The notes beneath the pieces were generated by a model. That model saw only the letters and a list, made by a program, of their open reading frames with translations, was not told the DNA's origin and searched no databases. The translations under genes were made by a program, and so were the position numbers. From contig OZ037765.1 of NCBI GenBank assembly GCA_964035545.1, positions 33,355,504 to 33,419,503 on the forward strand: DNA of 64,000 nucleotides, in the 5' to 3' direction. This DNA comes from Bugula neritina (Eukaryota > Animalia > Bryozoa). Shown here piece after piece: positions 14,901 to 27,900 of the stretch (its first letter is position 1; every line of letters begins with the position of its first letter).

Positions 14901-17900
14901 TAACTCCTCTCAACTATAATAATAATTATCTTCTGTTACAATATCAAACTGTATATTTGTGTAACGTTCTGCTAGTACTGTGTGATCAGCTATGTATACT
15001 GTGTTCTACAGCTACATCTCTCTACAAGTTGTTACAGTGGAGCTGAAGCTATATTATAATGAGAGCAGTTTGCAAGATATTCTACTGCAGTTTCACCTTG
15101 TCTAAGTGGTTTCCTGCTGCAGTTAACACTCTCTCACTCTGTTGTTTCAACGAGAGATTCTGCTGCAGATAGCTGTGTGAAGAATCGCAACCATATGCAT
15201 TGAGATCTAATATTTTATCTAAGTCAACTCTGAAACAATAAGAAGACATCATTGCATAACCGACTAGTTAGTAAAATATAATACTACTCAAAATAGACCC
15301 CTTTTAGAGGTTCCGATAGCTTCCTGACAATTAAGAGTTGTGTTCTCCCAAAATGAAAATTGTTGCACAAAATAAACTTAAATGCATGTTTGTGGTTTTG
15401 GTTACTGAGCAATGCTGAAATGGCACTTCAGCATTACTCCGTAAAAAACCACAAACATGCATTTAAGTTTATTTTCCTCAAAATTTTTTTATGAAGAAAT
15501 ATTTTAAATTGTTTTTTGAACTGCTAATATTTTGTGCTTATACCAAAATATCTATCTCTTTAAAGAACAATTCTATAGCATAATTAGAATTCTAAGTAGC
15601 AGCCAAACTTTAAGTTTTCAATGAGTTTGCTCTTTATACAAAGGTTCAACCCATTCACTTTGGGAAGACACAACTCTTAATTGTAAAGGGGATATCAGGG
15701 ACCTCTTGTAGTGCAAATAAGTACTTTAATTTGGTATTTGGAAAGTTTTATTTATTAGGTTTGAAAGGAGGAAAAATTACTTAAAAAACACAATAAATAA
15801 AGCGAGTTTTTAGATAAAAATAACAAAGTAAAATGGAGCACTGGTGCTACATTTTCCCAAACCCCCAACCCAAGCCTCTAACCCCCAATTTCAATATTGA
15901 AAATATGTCATTTCATTTACTTTTCCATTTGTGCTATTAGTAATTGTACCACTTTTACTGTCCCACTTTTACTGTGCGATTTTTACCAGATACCATGAAG
16001 CATGAATATTTTATAAAAAGCTGCAGGTGAAAGAAAAATCTCTTAGAGTTTTTTTTTCTACACAGCTATTCCCACGTGCTGATGGCCCAGAAACAGTCGC
16101 ATCATACCTGTGGAAATTTCCTTACACTTGTTTAGAGGTCAGTTATGTGAGACTGAAAGCTTAAAGTGCCTCCCAAAGAGATACACATAAGCGTTATGAT
16201 AACAAAACTGGGTCATCATAAACTAGCGGTAAGACGTAACACTAAATAATACGTATATCACTATAAACAATAGCAAATCTCCAATAATAGTTAGTTTACT
16301 AAAACACTTAAGGCTTTCTCAACTATAGATATGATTTCATCAATATTGAACATGATAGTACTTGGTGTTTGGAGTCGTAGAATTACCTTGAATTAACTGT
16401 AGAGATGACAATAGCAGCGGAGTTGATGGCACTGGAAGTATACACAACAATATATACAATATTTTAACTAAACTCGATTTCACACGGGAGTCTGTACTGG
16501 CTATAATGGAACAGCTGTTTATATTAGGTTGAACGCGAGTTAGATAAAAGGCGTCAACATTATCTTGATATAAAACAATATTTTGGAGCTGTCATTCCCT
16601 CTAAATCAACTGGTTGAGAAAGTAAAGTATAGGTAAACAGTAAAACAATTCTCTAGCACCAGCTAGCTCACTCTATATAACTCTTACTACATTCTGAGTT
16701 GGATTCAACAAACTCATTGATTTCAATTCGCTTAGTATTTCCCCGAATAACGACAGAAAAATCTAAATGTATGTGAACCAGAAGAGAAAAAGCTGGCTAT
16801 CAATGCATAACTACGACTTGACCAATAAAAATACTGGTTTTGGGAAATTCTTTGCCTTCCTAAATTGTAGTTACAGTACACCGTACAAAGTTTGAAACGC
16901 AATGCCGATAAATAGTACACAAAGAATTACCCTATATTCATCACACTCGCTAAAATACGTACTGTATCTGTGATAATATCCCAGACTTCTCTGTTTCACT
17001 GATGAGATCAGTTTTATTCAATAATATAATGTCAGCCAGAGCCACCTGTCTGTAATACAACATAACATACGTAATATACATCCATAGCAGTATCGTATGT
17101 TTATGTATGAGTACCATTTGTGTATATATGAGCGCAATATAATAATCTCTACGTTTCAGAATATAATAGAATTAGAAAAACTCAAGTCAGCAATAAATAA
17201 ACAGATTACAAGCATTTAGCTAGTAATTACTATGAAAGCCTCACTTATAAAAAATTAACTTATATTTCAAATTGTCAAGCTTGCAATATAAAAATGCCCA
17301 ACATACCAAATAGTTTAAACAGAAAAGCGCTTATATTAAACAGAGCAGGCCATTAGACAGGTGCAAGGAAACACTTGTAGTTCAACAAGTTGTCTATCCC
17401 TGATCAAAGCAACTTTGTCCCAAACCTAAACTATCAAATACTAGGAACCTAAACTATCAAATACTAGGAACCTAAACTATCAAATACTAGGAACCTAAAC
17501 TATCAAATACTAGGAACCTAAACTATCAAATACTAGGAACCTAAACTATCAAATACTAGGAACCTAAACTATCAAATACTAGGAACCTAAACTCTCAAAT
17601 ACTAGGAACCTAAACTCTCAAATACTAGGAACCTAAACTCTCAAATACTAGGAACCTAAACTCTCAAATACTAGGAACCTAAACTATCAAATACTAGGAA
17701 CCTAAACTCTCAAATACTAGGAACCTAAACTATCAAATACTAGGAACCTAAACTATCAAATACTAGGAACCTAAACTATCAAATACTAGGAACCTAAACT
17801 ATCAAATACTAGGAACCTAAACTATCAAATACTAGGAACCTAAACTAATTACACATGTTGTGTCCTAGAAGTTAGACAAACTGAGCTACCATAGCTGGTT

Positions 17901-20216
17901 ACATAGTATGTACCTCACGGCTTCATTAATATCAACATCTGCCTTCTTCTCCTCTATCTGAGAGATAAAGTGTTTACTATCTATAACAGTGAGGATTCCT
18001 GTAACACACGAGGGTATATTATATGAAACAGCAAACAGCAACGTTACATTGCATATACTATGAACCATGAATAATATTTATATTGAAAATATTAGTTTAC
18101 CATAAATGATTAGTTTTAAAAATAATTTGAGTATAATACGAACCGTCAACAAATATATTGCTAGCTAATTCATCATCTAACCAGAACAAGTTGGCTATGG
18201 GACCTACAATATAGGAGGTACATCTACATATAGTATACATCTACAGTATACATCTACAGTATAGTATTCAGGATACATCTCCATACAGCATGCATCTACA
18301 ATATCAATTTATAATACACAGATATTTTTATGTAAAATACGATTGAGCATGCACAAAACAAATTGTCACATTCTAATAGACGTATATATAGAATTATTAC
18401 AATATTGTGCATAACATGAGATATATTATAGAGTTATCTCACCTTAACTATAGCTAAACATTAGGCAAACAACTCCTAATGAAGAACCTAAACCCAACAA
18501 CTGGTATAATATTACTTCTGTGGTTCAAAATTACAGGACATAGGGTTATAAAATTAAACAGCCAACGGTCATTACTTATTACATTAAATATGTATATAAC
18601 GTAATACGACATGTATATAATGTGACAATGAATATACAATACAGAACCTGGGTCAGCTAAGCCAGTAGTTTCCAGTAAAATATAGTCAAACTTTCCCTGT
18701 TTCTCCATCAGAAGTTCGATGGCTCTGACAGCATTATCCCTGCAACACAGAGCATTTCATTTCCTATTCTACAAGTTACAATATTCTGTATGAGTAATAT
18801 AGCTAATATCTAATAGCATCTGGTAACATTTAAAGACAAAACAAAACAGAGTTTTCATCAAACTTTTCTCAGCAACAAAATGACCTTAACATAAAGCCAG
18901 CCCAAATTAGTCACATGTCTAATTTACTACCCACCCACTCCACTAATCTAATAATATACACAGATTAAATTATGATGAATAAACACGTAATACAAACTAC
19001 ATATTATATACAAGCATTCTAAGCGTGTGATAACTATTCAGAGAGAGAGAGGAAATAACTCCACAGCTCACTTGATGGAACAGCAGAGACAACCGTTACG
19101 TAACTCTAGCCACTCCTCAAACAGGGCGGAGTCTTGCTCTCCCGTGGATACAGTCATTGACTTCTCCATATCACTTTCACCTTGCAGTATATGATAACAA
19201 TGACTAGCTACAGTTTAATATGTCATATGGATTAACTGGGGACAAGTAAGTAGGTAAATACATAGCAAGTTATACACATAGTACCACTGTGACAGGTCCC
19301 TTGTATATAGACTGAGCCCCTTCTGATACGCAACACTCTTAAGACTCTGAGGCTAAGAAAAATAGATCCAACGACACAGGACAACAAAAGTGTGTTTATA
19401 CATTACATTATATTGAACTGAATAATTCTTTTTCTAGTCTATTTTACTTTCCTACATAATGTGTGTTCGTATGAGTCTCAGGCATTTTAATGACAGGTAA
19501 TGACATGTAGTGACAGTTAGTGACAGACTATGACAGGTAGTAACATGTAGTGACAGAATGTGACAATGACAGGTAGTGACATGTAGTGACATGTAATGAC
19601 AGGTCACTTTATCACAAATATTATACAATTACCTTCTCCAAATTCATTCATTATCACTGCTATTCTTTTGCCATGATTCTCACTAAGAATATAGTTGAGT
19701 AGAGTTGTCTTTCCTGCCCCTGTTTCAATAATCCATCAAAATTATTAAATATTGTTTGCATAAAAACATTCTTAATTTTCGAAAGTAAACCAACAAGGTC
19801 TTTGTATTCATCATTTACTTAAAGTTTATCTCACAAAAGTCTGCCATAAATTTGAAATAATTTTTTTTATAAAAAAATTAGCTCTGCTTCTTTGTGGAAA
19901 TCTTACAAATAAAATTATTCAACTATCAAAAGAATTAACAACTGAATCCGCTTCTACTTCTACCTGTATACTCACCTAGATAACCTGTATACTCACCTAG
20001 ATAGCCTGCGTACTCACCTAGATAACCTGTGTACTCACCTAAATAGCCTGTGTACTCACCTAGATAGCCTGCGTACTCACCTAGATAGCCTGTGATTATG
20101 GTAACCGGGACACTTCTAGACTCTCCCAGTTCGCTGACAACAGGGATTAAAGTTGGGATTTCATCATCGTCTCCCTCCTCAAGCAGAACGTCGCCGCCAG
20201 CCATTTTTGTAGCCAT
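11969..20216 (-). CDS. ZNG1: Zn-regulated GTPase metalloprotein activator 1 (COBW domain, COG0523 G3E GTPase), ~384 aa; exons 20216-20081, 19719-19633, 19180-19072, 18739-18648, 18203-18144, 17998-17914, 17049-16963, 16431-16387, 15229-15097, 14829-14695, 13858-13735, 12030-11969
   Basis: Walker A ITGYLG|AGKTT, NEFGE, metal-binding [24 protein letters not shown], and CobW C-terminal LRLKG...QGV...IVFIGRNLD; all 11 introns GT-AG with matching phases; CDS totals 1155 nt. Confidence 0.95.
12367..12585. repeat. Minisatellite, ~30-bp unit (CCCCACAGTGGTGTAGCTAAGTCATCAT-like), 7 copies, in the last ZNG1 intron
   Basis: GTGGTGTAGCTAA recurs at ~30-bp spacing. Confidence 0.9.
15306..15706. mobile_element. 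MITE/foldback element (~400 bp) with ~50-bp imperfect terminal inverted repeats and an internal 107-bp hairpin
   Basis: Left end AGAGGTTCCGATAGCTTCCTGACAATTAAGAGTTGTGTTCTCCCAAAATGAA matches the reverse complement of the right end AGAGGTCCCTGATATCCCCTTTACAATTAAGAGTTGTGTCTTCCCAAAGTGAA; no clear TSD. Confidence 0.65.
17423..17847. repeat. Minisatellite, 23-bp unit ACCTAAACT(A/C)TCAAATACTAGGA, ~18 copies, in ZNG1 intron 6
   Basis: Head-to-tail, near-identical units with no spacers. Confidence 0.97.
19963..20093 (-). repeat. 21-bp tandem repeat (6 copies) spanning the ZNG1 exon 1 splice donor
   Basis: Unit GG(C/T)TATCTAGGTGAGTA(C/T)(G/A)CA on the minus strand; translates as (GYLGEY[A/T])n; each unit contains AG|GTGAGT. 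Confidence 0.95.
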
Positions 20217-20219
20217 TTC

Positions 20220-20231
20220 CGTGACGTCACG
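20220..20231. promoter_or_regulatory. Palindromic CRE-like site CGTGACGTCACG immediately upstream of the ZNG1 ATG
   Basis: Perfect 12-bp palindrome containing TGACGTCA in a locally CpG-rich stretch; function is inferred only. Confidence 0.4.
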
Positions 20232-22557
20232 CTCATCAACTTTATAGAACTATTTGAGAAAATTGACTTAAACCTTTGATAAAGAATATAACATATGTTG
20301 TCAAAATTTAAATATTATTAAGGCAATAGCAACATGAATTTTGATGGCAATTAGTGGTGAAATACATTAATATTACAACAGAAAAATAAATAATTATTTG
20401 GATAATAAATTGCACTTGGTGCACATAAAAACAAAATAAAAAATTGTCAGTTAGTTTTGATTAAACAAAATTTTCATTGCTGATCCACTTTTATAATAAC
20501 TGCCAGCCAAAAAATAGGTGGTATCACAAGTACTGCTAAAACAAATAGGTAAAACCTGATCATTGCTGAAATCGCTGGGTAAAATTTAAAGTAGAACTAC
20601 ATTGATTCGCTATTCAAGCCACAAAATAATGCTGTTAAAATAAAAATTAGTGCCAAACTTAGCAATATGCCCAAAATAAATAAATAGCATCCAACTAGGA
20701 AGCATCTATCTGGGATGGCACCAACCAAACCAACTCTGAACTCAAATTCAAATCAAGTTAATCAGAATTTTAAATGACTCGCAAATACTTGATATATTAT
20801 AAATAAAAGTATAGTCCCAATGAGAATGTATAGTTAAAATTTAAAAAGATCAAACTACATAAGTTTGCTGGAAACTACTGGGCAGTGTTTAACTTGACCG
20901 AAAGTTATGTAACAATTCATGTCAGTTTTTCACATCAAGTTATTACTTAATAAAGTACAACTGGTACTACAGTCTACAATTACAATTAGAAGACCAATCA
21001 AAATCAGACCTGACATCGACTAGGACAGTAATACTAGTACTACTAGGAGTAGGAGTGAATATATTAATATCTGGCTATGCCTATGGTCATAGTGATATTG
21101 ATGTTTAACCTTATGTTAAAAAATGATAGTCACAGTGAGCGAGAGTGATTGTGAAACTAGAAATACCACTGAGTCTCAGTCTGACTCACTGACTGTCAGT
21201 GTCACACTGCTACTCATTATGAATATAAATATAAGTCTTAGCTAGTGAGTCATTGTCAGTGTGAGTGTCAGTGTGTGTCACTGAGAGTGAGTCACTCTCA
21301 GTGACTGAGGCCGCCGTTGCGAGTTACTGCAGACAACTGACGAGCTATAGCGTAGGTGACATGACAGTTATTGTTATACAACCTAAACCTGAGCATGTAC
21401 TTTTAAAAAAAAGCTAAATTCAGCCAGACAAGATATACATTATGATATAGGATTGGTATTGATCCTCACTTAGAATTATTTAAGTTTGAAGACTGTTGAC
21501 TGTAGACTGTAGACTGTAGCGTTTGTACTGGTGATGTATTAGACTTAGTTGCGGTATGGAGCATAAATCAAAATGGACTACAAATAGGCCGGCCGCAATA
21601 AATAATTTAACAGTACTGAGTCAAGGTCGCAACAAAGTTAAACCGATAGGTAACTTTGTGACTCAGTATTTTAATACAGTATTTTACCTACTAATACCAC
21701 ATCCAAACTTCAAGGATTTTACACCACTTTTTGTAACACACATGCCTGTTTAATTCTCAAATAAGTCAGGCCTAATTCTATGCTTATTGAGTTATAGTAA
21801 CATATGCAGTTAAATAACCAATCCTTGCCAATATCGGTTAATGTACAGCTGTAAACGGAAACTTTTTGAATAGATGAATTTAAATATTTAGTTTAACTTT
21901 TAATTTTTACACCAGCTACACTCAGTCTCACACTCATTGTGACTCACGACTGTTGGACTTAGTGTTACTCATACTCATACTGTTAGAGTTAGACTTAGAG
22001 TAACCTAGAGTAAGAGTTAGACTTAGTGTGTTACTCATAGTCATACTGTAAGTGTTGGTGTTACTGTTGCACCCACTCACACTGTTACTGTTAGTGTTAG
22101 TGTTAGTGTTGATAGGCGCGTTAGACTTAGAGTTAGTGTAACTGTTACTGTAAGTGTAACCTACTTAAGTTGTAGCCTATTAGTATTAGTATTTGGAAAA
22201 CTTACCTTCTAAATATTCCAGTTGTAAAACCTCATCTTGCCCAGTTTCATATATTTTCAAATACACACAATCCTGCTTTTCAATTGACCTGAAGCTTATA
22301 TCTTAAGTCACACTACTCTTGGTAAAATTGATGGGTAACATTTAAAGCAGCAATTGTAGAATGTAGAAAATGTAGATATGTGAAAATGAAAGATCATACA
22401 ATCAATTTGAATTAGTAAATAACCCACATATGTTTTAGTTCTTAGGTATTTGAGATGATACAGCTGCTTATGTATCTATTCTGTTCAATAACTCAGTTAT
22501 AGTCAACACTTCATCAGGTTTTCTGCATTTTAGTCCTGTGATATCCTGGTGGTGAAT

Positions 22558-24430
22558 ATGGAAGGGCAATTCAGTGATGTTGAGGAAGAAGGAAGCCATA
22601 ATACCGATATTACGGCACAACAAGATGTATGTAGTGTGACAACCAAATAGGCCAACTTACCGTTGTGTGTTCTGTTCTTCGACCAATTTTTGTGGTTGTA
22701 GTGCAAGTTTAAAATATATATGCATGTTATGGATAGGTTATGGTAGCTAAACCTAATTTATTCATGCTATAGATAGATTATGATAACTTCAAATTTACTT
22801 CATTAATTTGCTGCTGTAAAGTTCTTTTAGATTCCCATATATAAGCCTAATACATTGTTCACCTATTCATTGCTATATTATATTATGGGTTGTCCAACAT
22901 AGGTGGTTTGTTTCATATCTCAGTTTTGCTATACTCTGTTAGGCAGATGGCAGCAGTGACTCGGACTGGTCTGATGGGGAGAACTATGCATTTGGAGAGG
23001 ACTGGAGTGGAATGAGAGGAGACTTCACCAAGCAGTTCCAGGCGGCCAGTGTTCAGCGTGTGAAACCCAACAGCCAATCTAATCAGACCTCCAGCAGTCA
23101 CTCTCGACTGACTATACAGAATAAGACTCTGAGCAACCAGTTGAGTGCCAAGATATCTTTAGGCGAGTATCAGGTGGCTAAGCCGGCGCTGTCAGGAAGT
23201 ACCGGAGGAAAGAGGTACGACGGCGACAGAGTGCGACAGAAAGACAAGGCCGACCGAGCCACGGTGGAGCAGGTATTAGACCCGAGGACACGTATGATAC
23301 TCTTCAAGTTGCTGAGTCAAGGCGTAATATCTGAGATCAACGGCTCTATCAGCACGGGCAAGGAGGCCAATGTCTATCACGCCACCAAACCAGACGGCGG
23401 ACACTTGGCTATTAAAATATATAAAACTTCGATCCTAGTATTCAAAGACCGAGACAAGTACGTATCGGGAGAATACAGGTTCCGTAACGGCTACTGTAAA
23501 GGCAACCCGAGGAAAATGGTGAGAACATGGGCAGAGAAAGAGTTCAGAAACCTGAATAGAATATACAAGGCGGGTATACCCTCACCTGAGCCTCAGCTAC
23601 TCAAGGGACATGTCCTGGTTATGTCTTTCCTGGGGGAAGACGGTTTGCCGGCACCGAGACTCAAAGACGCCGAGTTCAGCACAGACAAAGCTTGCCAGAT
23701 GTACCTGCAAATGGTGAGGAGACTGAGAATATTGTACAACACGTGCCGGCTGGTGCACGGCGACCTGTCGGAGTACAACTTGTTGTATCACAACGGAGAA
23801 GCCTATTGGATTGACGTCAGCCAATCAGTGGAACATGACCATCCGCATGCTCTGGAGTTCTTGAGAAAAGACTGTATGAATGTAAATAAGTTCTTTTTAA
23901 AAAATGGTGTGTCCGTACTATCAAACAAAGAGCTTTTTGAGTTTGTTACTGACCAAAGTATGAACGAAGTAAATGTTGAAGATTCTATTGAAAGGCTGAT
24001 GGAGAAAGCCTCATTGCGGTCCCCTGATGACCTCACTAGTGAACAGCAAATAGAAGCCCAAGTCTTCATGAGTACTTTTATTCCTCAATCCTTGGATGAA
24101 ATTAGAAATCCAGAAAAAGAGATTCAACTAGCCATAAAAAAGCAAGGCGTGGTTAATGGACCAAACTCGTTACCAGTTGAGTCTCAGGAGAAGCCAGAGG
24201 ATATGGAAAGTGACACTGATAGTGATACTGAGGAGTCGGGTAGTGAAGCTGATGGGAAAAGTTCAGAAAAGATTGCTTTGTCACAGGGTAGACCAAAGAA
24301 TGAGTCAACTTGTGAGAGAAAAGAACGAAAACAGGCGACTAAAGAGGCTAAAGCAGACAAACGAAAAGAGAAAATGCCGAAACACATTAAAAAACGTAAA
24401 GTTAAACTTGGTAAAACCCATCTGAAATAA
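22558..24430 (+). CDS. RIOK1: RIO kinase 1 (40S ribosome biogenesis atypical kinase), ~518 aa; exons 22558-22626 and 22943-24430
   Basis: N-terminal MEGQFSD, DKADRATVEQVLDPRTR, STGKEANVYHA, IKIYKTSILVFKDRDKYV, LVHGDLSEYN, IDVSQSVEHDHP, Lys-rich C-terminus; the phase-0 GT-AG intron 22627-22942 joins in frame. Confidence 0.96.
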
Positions 24431-24986
24431 TACATGTTAACCTATCTGTTTTTATTATAGTAAACATATTGATATAATTTTTTGTTGTGCACTATTTTTT
24501 TTTTAATCATATACTCTTTCAAAATGTATAATAAATACTGCAACCTTGCAGCTTGGGATAATTGTCTGCTCTTAACTTGTACACAACATAGAAATAACAA
24601 TTCAGAAAATCAGTATTGTTAAAATACATATAAATATTATAAAGATTCAAAACATAATTACACTTGCACTGGGTATAAAAACTAAATTCTCAATACACGA
24701 ATTAAAAGCCATTCTCATTTAGATATCTAATGTATACAAAGTGTCAAATAAATCCCATTGGTAAAAAATGGTAAAAATATAAAAGTTCATTACATTGTTG
24801 AATTATGCACATAAGATTTAACTGACCTCATTACGTTCCAATATGGCCGCAAGTGTTTTCTACTAGCCGTCACACTGTACATTCACTACATGTATAAGTA
24901 AAACTGGTACTGTACACTTGCAAGTTACACCCATACTGCACACTAATCAGTAGTCTCCAAGTATGATTGTCAAACGAGCAACTACT

Positions 24987-27900
24987 TCATTCAAGCCGAG
25001 ATTGGTAACTAGCCAACTGCTGACTCAAGGCCACGACCTTACTGACTGCTACATCTTTAGCCTCAGTTGCTTCATTTAACTCCGATGACTTCTCACGTAG
25101 TCTCACTTCTAATGACTTGTTGTCTTCTTCTAGTCGAGCGATTGTTTGATTCTGATCTTTCAGCTTCAGTTTCAAAGAGAACACTAAAGTTTGCAAATCT
25201 TCGACAGAATTCGGTAGATCCCCAATATTGAGTGAATATCGTGAATCCAATGGACTATCAATGAAGCTCGTAAAATTACTAGGTTCTCTTGCCACTTTTG
25301 TAAATGGTATCGTAGCTGATTTCCTACTGCCTGGAGAGAGATCTACTAGTGCGACTGGTCTAACTTTAACTTTTTCGCCGCCAGCTCGTCTCTTCACATC
25401 ATTGGCTGTCAGCGTGCTCTCAATTCCCGGGCACGAGTACAAATCAAGTCCAGAATCTTTCGAGCCATTTTCAAAACTTCTTGAAGGAATTGGAGGCGGT
25501 GATTTGGTCACTGCCTCTTCATTACTCTTAGATTCAGATGCGAAGTCCACACCCAGGAGATCAGCAGTTTCAGTCGTCTCCCCGACATCTCCAGCCAGCA
25601 CTTGGGCTGTGTCAGCAGTCTCCGCCTCCTCTGCCGCCAGCGCTTCCTTTATACTGGTGTTGGAGAATATCACGTCATGCCACTTCACGAGTGCCAGCAC
25701 CACATGAGTGGTCAGGTTTTGAGTGGCCATCTGCACTTCTGGAGTACTATCTTCTTCCCTGAGAATGTTTGTACCAAATATAGTTGCGATGTTTTTCTCA
25801 GTCATTTTATTAACATTCTGATACTTGGATATTTTATAGAGGAATGAGGTGAGATAGTCAAGGAGTAAGTAGTTCTCTATAGGTATCATCTTGGTCAAAG
25901 AACGGAGACTTTCCAGTGTACTCTCCAGCTTACTGTTGTGCTTGAAGCTGGTGGCCAGACTGAGGAATGATTCAAAGTGCTCAAAAGGAATGACTGGCTC
26001 AGGCAGCTCTCTGAAGTATAGTTTGAGAAGAGAGGCTGTGGTGTGAACGTCAATAGTCTGTATGGTCAGAGTAGGACGTGCCCCTTCATCATACTGCCTT
26101 CTCATCTCCTTCAGAAGTGCCAGTCTACCACTCAACCTGTAACAGTGCAACCAACTCTCAACTGCAATGCTGCCCTATTGTCCACGACGCAGCGAGAAAG
26201 CATTGGGGTGCCAAGTACAACTAAAAGTCTACTAGCTGTAAGTTACTCAATCATGCGGCAGCTTCATTACACACAGCATGGGTTACACACAGTTTAATTA
26301 TCTTATTGAGTTTACCTGTAAGAATTCTCTCAACAACAACCTGTGAAAATTAGCTGAATAGGCTCAGGAGTTGTCACACCATCGTGAGCTTTACAAAGTA
26401 GCAGAAAACAATGTTACTAACTTAATACCACACTAAAAGGTCTGTCTACCGAGGAATGATAACTCTTCAAACCTTGCACCTACTACTAGTGCACAACTAC
26501 ATTTTACTGTACTTTAACTATTGATATGTTGATAAACCTTACCTGAATATACCTTCCACCTCCTTGCCATGTTCTAGAATCAGTTCCACGCATTGTTTGA
26601 TGATGTGGGGCACACTGCAATGATAATGAGCCGTATCGTACCGCATTACGTCTAGCAGTGGCCCTCCGAACACACCTACAATACATAGATACACACTGTG
26701 AACTAGAACAGGGTAGAATCAGCTAGACGTGATATAGATAGCAACAGTTAGACTGAGTACACAGGTATAAACACTTACCTCCGCCAATGAGGCCGTAGAT
26801 GGCACGTCGTAGAGCACTCGCCCATTCTGTCCTTAATGCTTCTGTGTTAGCACAGAGTTGCACTGTCTCACTCGACTTCGCTGACCCAGCTAGACAGACA
26901 GGCAGCAGGTTTAGTGGTTGACAAACACAATAACTTACAGTAAGTTATGAGCCGATTGAACACAATAACTTACAGTGAGTTACGAGTTGATTGACCACAC
27001 TAACTTACAGTAAGTTACTAGTTGATTGACGACAATAACTTACAGTAAGTTACTAGCTGATTGAATACAATAACTTACAGTAAGTTGCAAAGCTAATGAC
27101 TCTCATACTGTGAAAAGGAGGCACAAAAATGTTATAAATTTGCATGAATCACTTTCAAAAGTAAACAACCAGCATATTTTTAGCTCAGTTGTTTATAAAA
27201 CACTAAGCATTTGTTACAGTTTTTCCTTTCTAGTTTCACACATAATTCACAGCTTACAAATTATTTCAGTTCCATACCACCGAAACTTCCTTACTTTACA
27301 TCAAAAGCAGCTATAAGGAAAATATTTACAGTCCACTATTAAAACACAGTTCACTGACATAATGAAACTGCATTAGAATGTCTGATAGGAAACCAGGAAG
27401 TTAGAGATGGAATATTAAGACTACCGATAAGTTTTAAAACTGATTCTCTAGAAACTACTGCTACATGTCTGGTTTAGCCCTCACAGTTCTACCGCAGAGA
27501 TAGCCTGTTTCCGAACTAGATTCAGATACTTTCAAGTGAAAACTAGGAAACAGTCACAATTTGACTTCCATTTTGTTTGACAAGTCAAATTCTATCACAC
27601 TATGTATCTTTAACTATATTATAGATATAAGCTAAAAACTATTTAATTTCATAATTTACAAAATTCCCTCTTGCCTTAACTTTTCATTCAAAAAATGACC
27701 TGAAAACAAGATCCTTAATGAAAACTTGTTAATGGTTGAGTGAGAAGCCACGCGTGCCTAGTTGCTGCAAGCTACACCTACTTCCTGGAAGGAACGTGCT
27801 AAGAAACTATGCAATGTGATGAGCCAACACTCACCAGGGGAGATTTCCACTAGCCACCTGTCCGGCTCATCTCTGTTAAATGCTATTTCTTCAACTGTGC

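Noticed and set aside
17423-17847. CRISPR-like array of 23-bp repeats
   Set aside because: No unique spacers and no cas genes; a plain minisatellite in a eukaryotic intron. The same applies to the arrays at 12367, 26926 and 34507
21000-22200. TGAGTCA/CAGT-rich low-complexity stretch between ZNG1 and RIOK1 as an AP-1 enhancer cluster or hidden gene
   Set aside because: Motifs are embedded in degenerate simple repeats; no coherent ORF or exon chain
23593-26297. Antisense and alternative-frame ORFs over RIOK1 and the RhoGAP (likewise those over pol, gag and ORF3)
   Set aside because: Shadow ORFs of real coding sequence with no recognisable motifs
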